The notes: generated by a model not told the origin, from the letters alone. Numbered from the whole stretch's first letter, positions 12,176 to 25,403 are shown. The stretch is DNA of 62,784 nt, filler included, from Octopus bimaculoides (GCF_001194135.2; 9 parts of 8 records of this genome joined end to end with filler, not necessarily neighbours in it); one strand, 5' to 3'. Translations and numbers: made by a program.

Positions 12176-14189
12176 TTTTTACTGCTATGGGATTGCTACC
12201 TTGCTTCACAACTAAACTATGCAATTCATCGAATATTTTGCACCAGTTACATCTTGCAGCTCTCAAGTACTGAATCTAAATACCTCAGATGATATGGAGA
12301 AATTAATTTATGTCTCACACTACACCCTGTTTGACTTGAACGTTTAATTACCTCGTGATGTGCTTTCTACTACCACATGTGTGATCAAAGAATAAATTAT
12401 TATTATTATTAATGAAGGAATATTGCCTTCTGATATTTGTTTTTACATTCATGTAAAACATACATTCATACATTACTGGAAGCACACTATTAAATTTACT
12501 TTCTAAATGCTCATAAAGAAGAAAATTATCACAAATATAGGATGAGACATTAACAAAGTTATTTCAGATGACCTGTAACTAAACTATACACAAGCTACTA
12601 TTGTGGCACAGGAAGAACATTTCTTAATCAACTCTAAGTCAATACAAACCTCAGAACGGAGCACATGCCGGATTTTGGATTGTGGAGAAGCTTTGTCAGG
12701 AATGTTCAACCATGGTCGCAACGATGATTATGATGCTGATGATGCTGTTACTGTATTTAATGCAGATATTCATGGCAGCAGAAAGGAAATGTAAATAGTA
12801 TAAAAGCTGTTATCATTTAAGTGAATTCAAATGTTCACCTAATTACTTAGTATCTAACTTATTTTCATAATTTTAGATATTGGACTAAGATTGGTGTTTT
12901 GCAAAACAAAATCAAGCAAAATGTAAAAAACGCTTACCTACAAGTTAAAAAAAAAATATTAACCAGACAATGATATCAATTCAGCCTAAGATTTTGTATA
13001 AAATTGCAAAATACCAAATCAACTTAATCTTCGTAACAAATCTAATCAGTAGAGACTATGACAAAGTATATTCTTGAAGCAACAACATTACTGTTGATAC
13101 AAATATAAGCTTTCACCCAATGGTTTGATTCACATTAAACAATAAAAATCCATATTTATAAGAAAAAAAAAGTATCACTTTTCATAACTGAGGATGATAT
13201 CCTTGCTGGACATCAAAATATTTTGCTAAATCTGCAGCTACAGTTATAATAAAAAGTGTCCCAATGTCTGACATAACATTCAAGGGAGATTACTAGCGTT
13301 TTACTGAAGAATCCTGAACTGAAGCAGAAAAATGAGTCGTTGTGCTATCGTTGGGTGAAAAGAAAGCATCAATTAGAATTTGAGATTATAACTGGTTAAC
13401 ACTGAGTAAGTTTTGTCCCTAATAAGTGTAAACGATCAAACACGGGGGAGGGGGGAATAGCTAGATAGCAAATGAAACAGTTTGATCCTAAATTTCCCAA
13501 TGCCTTTACTGGCCAGAATATCTTAATAAAAGTATCTAGATGGACCCTCATATTGGACCGCTACTAAATATAATAAATCTTGAAACAAATTATGCCTCCT
13601 CGCTAAAAAGCACTTTCATCATTCATTACTGAGGTATAAGAAAAGTTCCTGTTTCTTCAGAATGTAAGAGTCTTAACAACATCCGGATTTTGTAAACTTA
13701 CATTTTACAAACCCATTACAATAGAAAAATTATTAAGGCTACTCAATCCATGAGGAAATGATGAACAAATTTCATTAGTCTATTAGCTAAAACAAATTTC
13801 ATTAATCTATTAGCTAAAAATAAACAAAAAAGTAAATATCAAATTGGTATTATACTAAACTCTTACTAATTGAAGAATATAGTTATTAGCTATTTGCTTA
13901 CCATAGAGAAATTTGTGTGCAAAGAAATTAATTAACATCCTCTTTATCTACCTTTAATCGTTCAGAGAGTCTTCCTTCAAATAGAAATTCCCAGTTCAAA
14001 CAAGGAAGATTTCGTAAATTTCTTCTACAGCAATGTCATTACTATGCATAACTTACCGTATTCTAACCCCTTTAAAATTTGGGAAAAATGTTTTATAAGG
14101 CACTAAAATACTATCCATGTACAAGAAACTCCCATATTTTTTTAACTTGATTTTTGACAAATAAAAAGAGTTCCTTATACTCGTTAAAA

Positions 14190-14420
14190 AAAATGGTAAT
14201 TATGTTGCTATTATTGCTTAACTCGAAGCCATCCCTGTTCGAACAGACCTATGAACAAAGGGTTCCAGCAGTGACCATCCAGTATATTTTAAAACTAAAT
14301 GGAAGAGCATTACTTAATGTAACCTGCCTTTTTTGTTAGACGGGGACGTAAATTGGCTACTGTTTCAAGCACGTAGAGCTACCACGTGCACGCTTCTTGC
14401 TTGCGACGAGTTAATTAAAG
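14190..14420 (-). mobile_element. Type C SINE-like repeat ending in (AAC)-like tail
   Basis: CCCTGTTCGAACAGACCTATGAACAAAGGGTTCCAGCAGTGACCATCC is the reverse complement of the motif at 43640-43712 and 44560-44640. Confidence 0.6.
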
Positions 14421-14734
14421 GTAGGTAACTCTGTCTGAAGCTTGTGCGATGTTATTTCCATAACGTAAGTTATCTCTGTATAATGTAATTGGACTTTGAG
14501 GAAAATAAATATAATTTAGTATATTTTTAAGAGAGTAATTCTTGAGATCGCTAATTTTCAACATGACCAGTATCATTTTGCTTTTAAATTTATTTCCCAT
14601 TAACTTTTGGTAATATTCTTGAATATGAAGACAGCTTAGACACCAAGATGTAACTTCTTTTATTAAAGTGCAAGATCCCTTATAAGAAAAATTGTAAACA
14701 TTTTAAATATGTCTATTCTTGAGATTGTTGATTT

Positions 14735-15965
14735 TCATGGTGTAGCAGCACCATAGTCAACTCCTACAAAGATAAAGGTGATGCTTTGGATAGAAATAAT
14801 TACAGAGGTATCAAATTGATGAGAGTTTCAGAGAAAGTCATAGCCCAGCTAATTATGGAAAGAATTAGTCTAGATGAGATGCAGTTTGGTTTTGTACAAG
14901 GGAGAAACATTGCTGATGCTATATTTCGGTAAGACAGCTGCAGGAAAAATACATAGCCAAAGATAAACCTCTATACTTAGCTTTTGTAGACTTGGTGGAA
15001 AATGTGGAAACTAGGGATAGACACATGGCTGGTGAGAGCTGTACCAGCCGTGTACAGAGACGCTACCAGTAAGGTAAAGGATTGGTAAAGAGTACAGCAA
15101 AGAATTCAGGGTTCAAGAGGGGGTTCACCAAGGATAGGTCCTAAGCATCTCCTTGTTCATCATAGTCCTCTAGGAAATAACAGGAATTTAAGACAGGCTA
15201 CCCTTGGGGGCTTCTCTACACTGATGACCTTGTTCTTATAGCTAAATCACTACCAGAACTAGAGAAGAAGTTCCAGGTATGGAAGCAAGGTCTAGAATCA
15301 AAGTGCCTTAGAGTTAACCTAGCAAAAACCAAAGTTTTAGTAAGTAGGAAGGCAAACAAATCACAAATCCCTTCAGGTACATAGCCCTGCTCAGTCTGTA
15401 GAAAAGTTGCTCTGTAAGATGCAACCAGAGTAAGATTTGGACACATAAAAAGTGCAGCAATATTGGAGGAAGGTTAACTGGGAAAATAGTTTTTATATGT
15501 GGAAGGTGTACAGGTATAATAAATAAATGCTGAAAATGTGCAAAAAATAGACTCCATCAACTGCCATGGGTGGGGGCAAGCTACAGGTAGAAGATAGTTT
15601 CTGTTATCTAGATGACCAAGTTAGTAGTGGAGGTGGATGCTCTGAGAATCTAGCTGTTGGAATCAGAATAGGATGGGCCAAGTTCAGAGAGCTCCTACCT
15701 CTACTGGCAACAAAGGGCTTCTCTCTCTCAGAGTGAAAGGCAGACTGTATGATGCCTTTGTGTGAACAGCTATGCTGCATGGAAGTGAAACATGGACTAT
15801 GACAGCTGAGGACATGTGTAAAGTTGAAAGAAATAAAGTCAATATGCTTTGCTGAATGTGCAAGGTCAGTATGCATATTCGACAGAGTGTAAGCATCTTG
15901 AGAGAAAAGTTAGGCATAAGAGGCATCACATGTGGTGTGCAAGGGAGACGAATGCACTGGTATGG
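14735..15965 (+). mobile_element. RTE LINE RT and C-terminal fragment (same family as 6400-10088, more degraded)
   Basis: Colinear with 8255-9330: KGDALDRNNYRGIKL, DEMQFGF, LLYTDDL, cysteine-rich insert, FCYLDDQV. Confidence 0.9.
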
Positions 15966-16751
15966 ATTTGGGAGATGGAAACTGGGAGAAGCCTATTTTG
16001 TGTGTGTGTGTGTATGTGTGATACAGATGTTAAACAATGATGATCTTGCACACATACACACATAGATGTATCTCATAGCGTGAATGCATTATTGTATAGT
16101 AATGCCCTTATATAAATAAATATGTGTGTGTGTGTGTGTATGTGTGCATGTATGTATGTGGGTGTGAGTGTGTGTGTGTGTTTGAGCGTGTGTGTGTTTG
16201 AATGTTTGTGTGTGTTTGAGTGTGTGTGTGTGTTTGTTTCCTTGTCTTGACATCATATGATAGCTGTAAATGAGTGTCACTGTCATATAAGCAGTGTCGT
16301 TTGTTTCAAATATTCTGTGAGACTATGTCTAGCTATTGGGGAAATATTACCTTGCTTGGAAACAAGTGAGGGTTGGTGACAGGAAGAGCACCCAGGTGTA
16401 GAAAATCTGCCTCAATAAAATTCCATCTGATTCATGTAAGCATGAAAAAGTAGGCATTAGAGTGTCAAAATGATGCTGACAATGATGATGATGATGATGA
16501 TGATATATATATATATATATCTTATGGTATTTACTTTGTATTATATTATACTCATTTATTGTGCTTTTAATTATTAATTTTTCTATATGTGACAGTGGAT
16601 TTTCATCGATGAGTTCATGAACCTTGGTTCTTTTCCCTAAAACTATATATGTATATTTTATACTATGAAACTTAATTTAATTTTAATTTTTAATAAATTG
16701 ATTTTAATTGAGTTTCTACCTGTAATTTTGGATTTTTATTCCTAATATTAT

Positions 16752-16799
<48 letters not shown>

Positions 16800-16821
16800 T
16801 AGACAAAGAAAACAAACTTAC

Positions 16822-17144
16822 CTCCACATTTCCGAGTATAGATACACATATGATATACATTTTGGTCCTTTCGGTGGTTCAAACTGATCCAATTTTGCAA
16901 TGCTAGATGCAATACCCCATATAATTAGATATTTTACCATAAAAAACTGCCCTTGGCAATATCCAATTCCAACAAGTGTCCACTGAGAAAGCGATTCCAC
17001 GATGGCCAAATTATATGACAAAGAATTATAGTAGAAATAGTGGAGAATAATATGGAAGCAAAGTGCCCAGCCACCAATTCTTAAGAAATCAATAACATGA
17101 TTTTTTAGCCTTTGCTTAGACCACATTTGCTGAGGTTTGGAAAT
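16822..17144 (-). CDS. HHAT: Internal coding exon of Hedgehog acyltransferase (MBOAT family)
   Basis: Acceptor tttttattttttgtag|ATT and donor TGGAG|gtaagt; 323 nt, phase 0 to 2. The 108 aa ISKPQQMWSK...WTLVGIGYCQGQFFMVKYLIIWG...LDQFEPPKGPKCISYVYLYSEMWR align without gaps to my recollection of human HHAT (WTLGG...FFYVKYLVLFG...LDGLTPPALPRCVS...GMWR). Confidence 0.9.
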
Positions 17145-17384
17145 CTACAAAAAATAAAAACAAAGTACCGAAAAATAAATTTGTGATATCAAAATATATA
17201 TAAATGATTGCATTTTAAACAATAAAGTTTATCATTTTAACCACCACAGCCTGTCACTGGAACTTATCGGTGACGCCACATATTTCATGTAGTCACTCTG
17301 CATACTGTTTAATTACAAGGAAAAGTAACTTCTTTGCATTTTTACAATATTTCATAATTAAACTTTGATATTTGGCCTGACTAG

Positions 17385-17573
17385 CCTTCATGCCAGTGGC
17401 ATGTAAAAGCATCCACTACACTCTTGGAGTGGTTGGCGTTAGGAAGGGCATCCAGTTGTAGAAACTCTGCCAGATCAGATTGGAGCCTGGTGTAGCCATC
17501 TGGTTCACCAGTCCTCAGTCAAATCGTCCAACCCATGCTAGCATGGAAAGCGGACGTTAAACGATGGTGGTGA
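17385..17573 (+). mobile_element. RTE 3' tail only
   Basis: Near-identical to 9905-10075, including CCATGCTAGCATGG...GGACGTTAAACGATG. Confidence 0.9.
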
Positions 17574-18719
17574 TTTGGCATTCATTTTATTTAAGTATCC
17601 TCAAAACCATGTCAGAATACAGAATAAGATATTTTCTCAAATTATGAAAATGTACCACATGTGGTACATGTGGTGGTTGTATGAAGTTTGGTACATGTGG
17701 CAGTTAGCATGTTAATGAATTTTTACATCAAAGATCGTCCTATTTTTCCTGGAAAGGGTGTATTATGATCAAGAGAATACTCATTATGAGTGAAACTACT
17801 CCTAGAGCTAAATGCTATGTTTATTTGATAAGGAGCAATGAATATCATTCACATGGAACCTGTTACCTGAGTAATTTCTATTAATACACTTATCAGAAAA
17901 TAACTACTTGGGATACTTTTTAAGCACTCTTAGATAATGTGTGTAGATTTAGATTTGGGAGATATCAAAATACTTAGCAAGACTTAATGAAATGGGTTTA
18001 TTGTTGCAAGAAAATCTCAATGAATTTTACTAAGACCAGATCAGTAGTCATAGAATTTATTTTAAAATTATATTTACTCTCATTTAATACAGAATAATGA
18101 ATGCACCCTATTCTCCTCTGATTAAGCTGAAAAAATATCAGTCAACTTCCAAACTGTCTAAGGTATATGCAGGCAATGACAGAGAGGATGGTGAAAAGCA
18201 TTTTTTTTATTTTTTATGAAAATTTGCATAATTATCATAACTTATGTTTCTTTGTCAATACTCTGCCACTTATATTATGACCTCCATACCTTGAGGGTAC
18301 ATGCTGGCACTTGCCACCATCTATCTGCCTCCTTTTACTCGACCATCCCATTTATATTCTGATCCCCATCTCATGTCAGTATGCACTTTTCTACCATCTC
18401 TCTCCTGCTCTCTCTCCCTCTGGCTGGTTAACCATATATCTCCTTTACAGCAACACACCTGTTTCTGTCCCCATTCTTCATCACTCTTTCTTTTTATCTC
18501 TCTCTGTTGAAACTCTCTCTCTCACTCTCTCTTTCTCCCTTACTCTCTCTCTCTCTCCCTCTCTCCCTCTCTCCAGCTGGGTAACCTTGTACTTCCTCTA
18601 CAACAAGACACTCGTTTCTGCCCCTCTGTCTCACTATAACCTTTCATCATCTGACTCAAGATCCCCTCCTCCAATGTCCCCTCCAATTTTTCTCTTGTAG
18701 GTTACTTGGTGACCTTGTC

Positions 18720-19690
18720 AGTGCAGGTGCCACTTAAAAAGCACTCAGTCCACTCTGCTGAGTGGTTGGTGTTAGGAAGGGCAACCAGCTGTAAAAATCC
18801 TGCCAAAACAGACACAAAAGTCTGGAGCAGACCCCTGCCTGGCCAGCTCCTGTCAAATTGTCCAACCCATGCCAGCATAGAAGGTGGACGTTAAACAAAG
18901 AAGATGATGTGTGCGTGTGTGCATGCGTGTGTGTTCTGAAAGCATAGTTGCTAGGATAAGAACAAGGCTGGGCAAAGTTCAGAGAGCTTCTACCTTTGTT
19001 GGTAACTAAGGGCCTCTCCATCAGATTGAAAGACATTGTATGATGCCTGTGCACATACATCTATGTTACATGGCAGTGAAACATGGGCTTTGATTACAGA
19101 GGACTTTTGAAGGCTTGAAAGAAATGAAGCCAGCATTCCCCACTGGATGGATAATGTCAGTGTATATATATACATATATGACAGAGTGTAAGTGATTTAA
19201 GGGGAAAACTGGATATAAGAGGCATCAGATGTTGTGTGCAAGAGAGAAGACTGTGCTGGTTTGGTCATGAGATGTGTATGGATGAGGACAGCTGTATAAA
19301 GAAGTGCCAAGCTCTAATTGTGGAGGGAACCTGTGGAAGAGGCAGACCCAGGAAAGTGGTGTGAACGGATCTACAGAAGCTGGGCCTCACTGAGGAAATG
19401 ATGTGGTAATTTGTTATACTTGAAAAGACTTGTGAAGCTAAGTAAAACTGTTGTCTTCCATGCATACAGGCTTGTCCTTTCAGGTGCCGGTGCCACATAA
19501 AAAACACCTGTGCCATTGCTGCGTGTAAACACTCATGCTGGTGCCACATAAAAAGCATCTGTGTCAGTGCTGCATAAACGCACCCACAACAGACAATTGG
19601 AACTGGACTGCTCCCCACTGGCCAGCTCCATTTCAAAGTGTCCAATCCATGCCAGCATGGAAAGCAGATGCTAAATAATTATGATGATGC
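18720..19690 (+). mobile_element. Cluster of RTE 3' fragments (tail; ORF2 C-terminus and tail)
   Basis: Tail-like sequence at 18720-18905; GWAKFRELLPLLVTKGLS...YDACA, GTCGRGRPRK at 18965-19450; tail at 19480-19690. Confidence 0.8.
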
Positions 19691-20068
19691 GGTAAGAAGC
19701 TTGCTTCCCAACGACATGATTCCAGGTTCAGTCCACTGTGTGGCACCTTTGGCAAGTGTCTTCTGCTATAGCCTCAAGTCAACCAAAGCCTTGAGAGTGG
19801 ATTTGGTAGATGGAAAACTGGAAGAAGCCCATTGTGTGTGTGTGTGCGCGCGTGCGTGCATGCATGCATGTGTGTGTGTCTATGTGTCTGTGTTTGTCCC
19901 CCCTCCATTGCTTGACAACCGACGTTGGTTGTCAAGTTCAGCAAAAGCGGCTGATAGACTAAGTACTAGGCTTACAAGGAATAAGTCCTGGGGTCAATTT
20001 GTTCGACTAAAGGTGGTGCTCCAGCATGGCCACAGTCAAAAGACTGAAACAAGTAAAAGAATAAAACA
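19690..20068 (+). mobile_element. Type A SINE with internal (TG) tract
   Basis: Head, GGCAAGTGTCTTCT body and tail ...CCAGCATGGCCACAGTCAAAAGACTGAAACAAGTAAAAGA. Confidence 0.85.
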
Positions 20069-20110
<42 letters not shown>

Positions 20111-20155
20111 ACATGTGTGTGTGCACGTGTGTGTGTGCACATGTGCGTGTGCACA

Positions 20156-20190
<35 letters not shown>

Positions 20191-20192
20191 AC

Positions 20193-20493
20193 AAAATAAG
20201 ACAAGGTAGAAAATGCTAAAATAATTTTATCAGTAAGTGCATTTTAGTACCTTTTTCAACTTTAGAGTAAAATAAGAAAAACAATTAAATTGAAGAAAAA
20301 AAATTAAGTGAAATGTTTTGTAGATATTTCCATAGTTTTTAAATAGGTAAATATTTCACTTAATTTTTTTTTTCTCCAATTTAATTCTTTTTCTTATTTT
20401 ACTCTTCGTTGAAAAAATCTAAAAAGACAGAAACGGTACGAAAATGTTCTTCATGATAAAATTATTTTAGCATTTTCTACCTTGTCTTATTTT
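20193..20493. mobile_element. Foldback MITE, almost entirely palindromic
   Basis: Perfect 40-bp inverted repeat AAAATAAGACAAGGTAGAAAATGCTAAAATAATTTTATCA (20193-20232 and 20454-20493), plus an inner ~50-bp imperfect inverted repeat. Confidence 0.85.
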
Positions 20494-21274
20494 CCTTATA
20501 CATATCAACATGTGTTACTGTTCTACCTTCTACACACACACACACACACACACAGAGTTTTCTCATACGTTGTGAGTGTATGATAATGAGGTTAGGTTTC
20601 ATGTATCTCTCTGAAACTATTTCTCCAAGGTCTCTTTCATAAAAGCAATGCATTGCTGGCAAATATTTTTATACATTTTTTTACATGCTGCTGGTGTATG
20701 TAGAAAGAGTTAGGAAGGAGAAGTGAAGTATTTGTAATCGACAACACACACAATTTATTTACAGAGTGAAAAGATTTGTATTACACACTCTTATATAACT
20801 GAATGAGGTCAGAGAGAGAGAGAGACGGATAGTTCATTGACTTCATGATTCTAGCAAAGGAGGTAACAGCTGAATATTTCAGTAAATCATTGCTCAGACA
20901 CACACACAATTCCTACCAAAATTTCATTAAACTCCTCTGAAATATTAATCAGTCACCTGCACTGGTAAGGGGTTAAATATTCTAAAGACAGTCAGAAGCG
21001 GTTCGGTATTACTTCTAAGCGTTACTCTTCATATTACAGATCATGGCCCTTTATGATTACTTATTCAATCATTCTTTGTTTTTTGTTTTTATGTTTCAGC
21101 TCATTACCAAGACTGAATAATTGCAACTCAGCAAAATACTCTTCACTCATAAATAAAATATAAATTATAATATTTCTTTTTACCACTTAGTTAGGAAGGG
21201 GATGGCAGAATCCATGTTCCTTTTTTCAGGGCTTCTCAGACAATTGGTAAGAAATTACCCTCAAACTAAGGTTC

Positions 21275-21445
21275 ATGCAGGGTTGTGTTGCTAAGATGTT
21301 TGGTTGCCAACCACTTGGTTATGGGTTCAGTCCTACTGTGTGGCACCTTAAGCAATTGTCTTTTACTATATCCCCAGGCCGAATGAAACCTGTGAGTGAA
21401 TTTGGTAGAGAGAAACTGAAAGAAGCCTGTAACTACATGTGGATT
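21275..21445 (+). mobile_element. Type A SINE head (diverged)
   Basis: GGGTTCAGTCCTACTGTGTGGCACCTTAAGCAATTGTC...GAAACTGAAAGAAGCC. Confidence 0.75.
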
Positions 21446-22272
21446 GTTAGCAATTTTTTCCCCTTCGTCTTCCTTTTCTCTTGGACTTTCCTCTGTCTCC
21501 TGTTTCTGAAGAAGAGCTTTGCTCAAAATGTAAAACCACCTTTCTTTCCTTCCCTGAGCATCTTACTAATACTTTGCATGTACTAGGTACTCGCATTGTT
21601 GTTTTTTCTTGTGTTTTTCCTTCCTTTTTTGGGGATTAATCATATATATATATATANNNNNNNNNNNNNNNNNNNNNNNNNNNNNNNNNNNNNNNNNNNN
21701 NNNNNNNNNNNNNNNNNNNNNNNNNNNNNNNNNNNNNNNNNNNNCTATATATATATGTGGGAGAATTTACGAAAAAAACAACAGACGAAGACAGGTGGTG
21801 TAAACAACAAATGGATGTATTAGTTTAACGCTCGGGAATAGAGAAAGTCTTTGACGTTTCGAGCTATATATATATGTGTGTGTGTATGTGTGTATTTTGT
21901 TTGTATCTCTCCCCCTCTGACAAATGGTGTTGGTTTGTTTAGATCCCCATAACCTAGCAGTTCAGCAAAAGTGACCAATAGAAGAAGTACCATGATTAAA
22001 AGAAATAAATACTGAGGTAAATTCATTCAACTAAAACCCTTCAAGGTGGTGCCCCAGCATGGCTGCCGTCTCATGACAAATAAGAGATAAAAGGTCAACT
22101 GAAGACATGACCCAAATGCATGCAACAGAGCAAACAACCCAAAAGGCACCCAATGGCTGTAGGGGTGGGGGCATTAAACTGGGTGACAGATTAAGTCAAA
22201 CTACCTAGGAACTTTGAAAGAAAATTAGAATGTTAGATGGTACATTATTTTATCAACTATGAAAATATGAAA

Positions 22273-22488
22273 TTAAGGCAGCAAGCTGGCTGAATCATTA
22301 GCATGCCTGGCAAAATGCTTAGCGGTATTTCATCTGTCTTTACATTCTGAGTTCAAATTCCGCTGAGGTCGATTTTGCCTTTCATCCCTTCAGAGTTGAT
22401 AAATTAAGTACCAGTTGCATACTGGGATCGATCTAATCGACTGGACCTCTCACCTAAAATTTTGGGATTTGTGCCTAGAGTAGAAAAT
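22273..22488 (+). mobile_element. Type B SINE with an 18-bp TSD, nested in an older antisense type B SINE
   Basis: AAGGCAGCAAGCTGGC...TTCTGAGTTCAAATTCC...GTGCCTAGAGTAGAAAAT, flanked by AACTATGAAAATATGAAA and AACTGTGAAAGTATGAAA. Confidence 0.8.
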
Positions 22489-23659
22489 AACTGTGAAAGT
22501 ATGAAAAAACAAAACTGACTTTGGTGGGATGATTTGAACTCGGAATGTAAAGAATTAGAACAAATATCACAAGGTCATGTTTTAAGGGTATTTTGCAAGT
22601 TAGGAACTTTTCAGCACCCTGTCATGTGTAATATGCACACATACACACACATATATATAATATAAACACACATATACACACAGGTACACAAACATACAAG
22701 ATTGAGTTCCATATGTCCTTTTGCATATAAGCTCAGAACTGAGTATGGAGTTGTTTTATTCTTTTAAACTTTTATATTGCTAATATTAAACAAAGCAGGA
22801 AAACAATATAATCACACAGTTAATCCTTAACAATGTCACTAGTAACTACACCAAAGCCAGACTTGTTGTATACAACAGTAAACCTAAATATGCCAAGTAC
22901 ATAGTTGCTAGGTTTAATATAGATAACAGAATTGAAAACCTTCCCTAAACACAAGGCTTTTATTACTGTTAAGGATCACAAAGCTGACCTTGTTAGCTGT
23001 GTAATATTTCGTGAATGATAGATATAATTCTCTTATTTTCCTGTTATTTTGGCATTTTTATTTACAACCTCATACTTTCAATAGCAACTTGCACCATGTA
23101 CATTTTTCAATAATATCTCCAGTTGGAAAAAAATCGAATATTCATGAATGTAGAGCAAACTGTAATTATCAGAAAGCTTAGTAAAACATCTGCTGTCATT
23201 ATTGACAGGTAAGGTATTCTAGTTTGATATAAATATTAAGTTCACACAGTGATAAAATAATAATGGAGGTAGAGTGGTATCACTGGAAGAAAGTAGAATT
23301 TGGGAGACTTATTATTTGCCTTCCAAATTCCAACTCTTCCCACTTTGCCTATGTCCAGCAAATACCACAGATGAAGCAAGGATAAGCAAAGAAAATTCTT
23401 TCATACAAAAGTATAAATGAAGACTTAACAAACTTTAACAAAATACATACACAAATAACTATTTACACACAAAATTCATTCTGCCACTTATCATGAGGAA
23501 GCTACACAGCTAACAATCTAAACTTTAGCCATTGGACTACATACAAATGACTCCTGTCTACTCTCCCACCAGACAGATTAAATTTGGAGTGCCTTGATTA
23601 TAACTAATCATTTTCACTCAACCGCATTGGCCTTCTTTTTAGGCGCAAAATATACTGTC

Positions 23660-23985
23660 TTTGGCAGTCACAACCCATGTTTCACTGCAATGTAGCATGG
23701 CTGTTTGCACAAAGACACCATACACTCTGCCTTTCACTCTGAGGGAGAGGCCCTTTCTTACCAACAAAAGTAGAAGCTCTCTGAACTTTGCCCAGCCTAT
23801 TCTTATTTTAGCAGCTACACTCTCGGAGTATCCATCTCCAATGCTGACTTGGTCACTTAGCTAATGGAAGCTATCAACTGTTATAAAGTATCCCCTTGGC
23901 ATTTGATGGAGTCTATTTTCTGTACATTTCTAGTATTTATTGTACCTATACATCTGCCACATACAAACACTATTTTCCCTGTTAA
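23660..23985 (-). mobile_element. RTE LINE fragment (post-RT region)
   Basis: Reverse complement of 15480-15800 (DQVS..GGYSESVAAKIRIGWAKFRELLLLLVRKGLSLRVKGRVYG). Confidence 0.85.
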
Positions 23986-23989
23986 CCTT

Positions 23990-24606
23990 CCTCTGATATT
24001 GCTGCACAGAAGACCTGGCAAGCCATGTGAGACCTAAATCCAAGGCCTCTGCCAGGGATGTAGCCAGCCCACTTATGCGTACCTTCCCTTCATTGGACAC
24101 TAAACTCCGCATGCGAAAACATGGTGAGGCAAGTGAAATCGAAATCGTACTAAATCCGACGACTGGCACCCATGCCAACGTCATCTCCTTCATTGGACAC
24201 GAAACTCAGCTTGCGAAGACCTGTTGGGGCAAGCGAAAGCGAAATCGTGATGGCACCTGTGCCCAGCGTTGCCTTTCTGGCACTTGTGCCCGCAGCATGT
24301 GTAAGGACTTTCAAGCGAGATCGTTGCCAGTGCCCATGGACTGGCTCTTGTGCAGGTGGCACGTAAAATACACCATTTTGAGCGCGGCCGTTGCCAGTAC
24401 TGCCTGACTGGTCTTCGTGCCGGTGGCACATAAAAGTACCCACTACACTCTCAGAGTGGTTGGCGTTAGGAAGGGTATCCAGCTGTAGAAACTCTGCCAA
24501 ATCAGATTGGAGCCTGGTGTAGCCATCTGGTTTCACCAGTCCTCAGTCAAATCGTCCAACCCATGCTAGCATGGAAAGCGGACGTTAAACGATGATGATG
24601 ATGATG
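23990..24606 (+). mobile_element. RTE 3' UTR and tail ending in (GAT)n
   Basis: Colinear with 9390-10088. Confidence 0.9.
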
Positions 24607-24650
24607 ATATATATATGTATATATATGTATATATGTGTGTGTGTGTGTGT

Positions 24651-24711
<61 letters not shown>

Positions 24712-24892
24712 TAGATAGATGAGAGAGAGAGAGAGAGAGAGAGATAATGAAGCAAATAAACAAATAAAACCACTTGGACTAGATATATAAAATATACATA
24801 CATATTAATATGTAGATAGAAGGAAACAAAGACTGAAAATACTCAGACGATGAATATTCATGTATAAACATAGAGAGATATATATATATAAA

Positions 24893-25297
24893 GGGGCAGG
24901 AGTGGCTGTGTGGTAAGTAGCTTGCTTACCAACCACATGGTTCCGGGTTCAGTCCCACTGCGTGGCACCTTGGGTAAGTGTCTTCTACAATAGCCTCGGG
25001 CCGACAAAAGCCTTGTGAGTGGATTTGGTAGACGGAAACTGAAAGAAGCCCATCATATGTGTGTGTATGTGTGCATATGTTTGTGTGTCAGTGTTTGTCC
25101 CCCCCACCCACAACATTGCTTGACAACCGATGCTGGTGTGTTTACATCCCCATAACTTAGCGATTCGGCAAAAGAGAGCGATAGAATAAGTACTAGGTTT
25201 ACAAAGAATAAGTCCTGGGGTCCATTTGCTCGACTAAAGGCGGTGCTCCAGCATGGCCGCAGTCAAATGACTGAAACAAGCAAAAGACTAAAAGAGT
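24893..25297 (+). mobile_element. Full-length type A tRNA-derived SINE
   Basis: GGAGTGGCTGTGTGGTAAG, GGTTCAGTCCC, body GGCACCTTGGGTAAGTGTCTTC, internal (TG), tail ...GACTGAAACAAGCAAAAGACTAAAAGAG. Confidence 0.9.
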
Positions 25298-25363
25298 ATT
25301 AACAGAGCAGATTTACACAAAGTACAAAGACACAGAATACACACACACACACACAATATACAC

Positions 25364-25403
<40 letters not shown>

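Noticed and set aside
23123-23208. Candidate plus-strand 86-nt exon LEKNRIFMNVEQTVIIRKLSKTSAVIIDR with ag/gtaagg ends
   Set aside because: No recognisable homology and no partner exons; such matches are expected by chance in AT-rich introns. RNA-seq would settle it.
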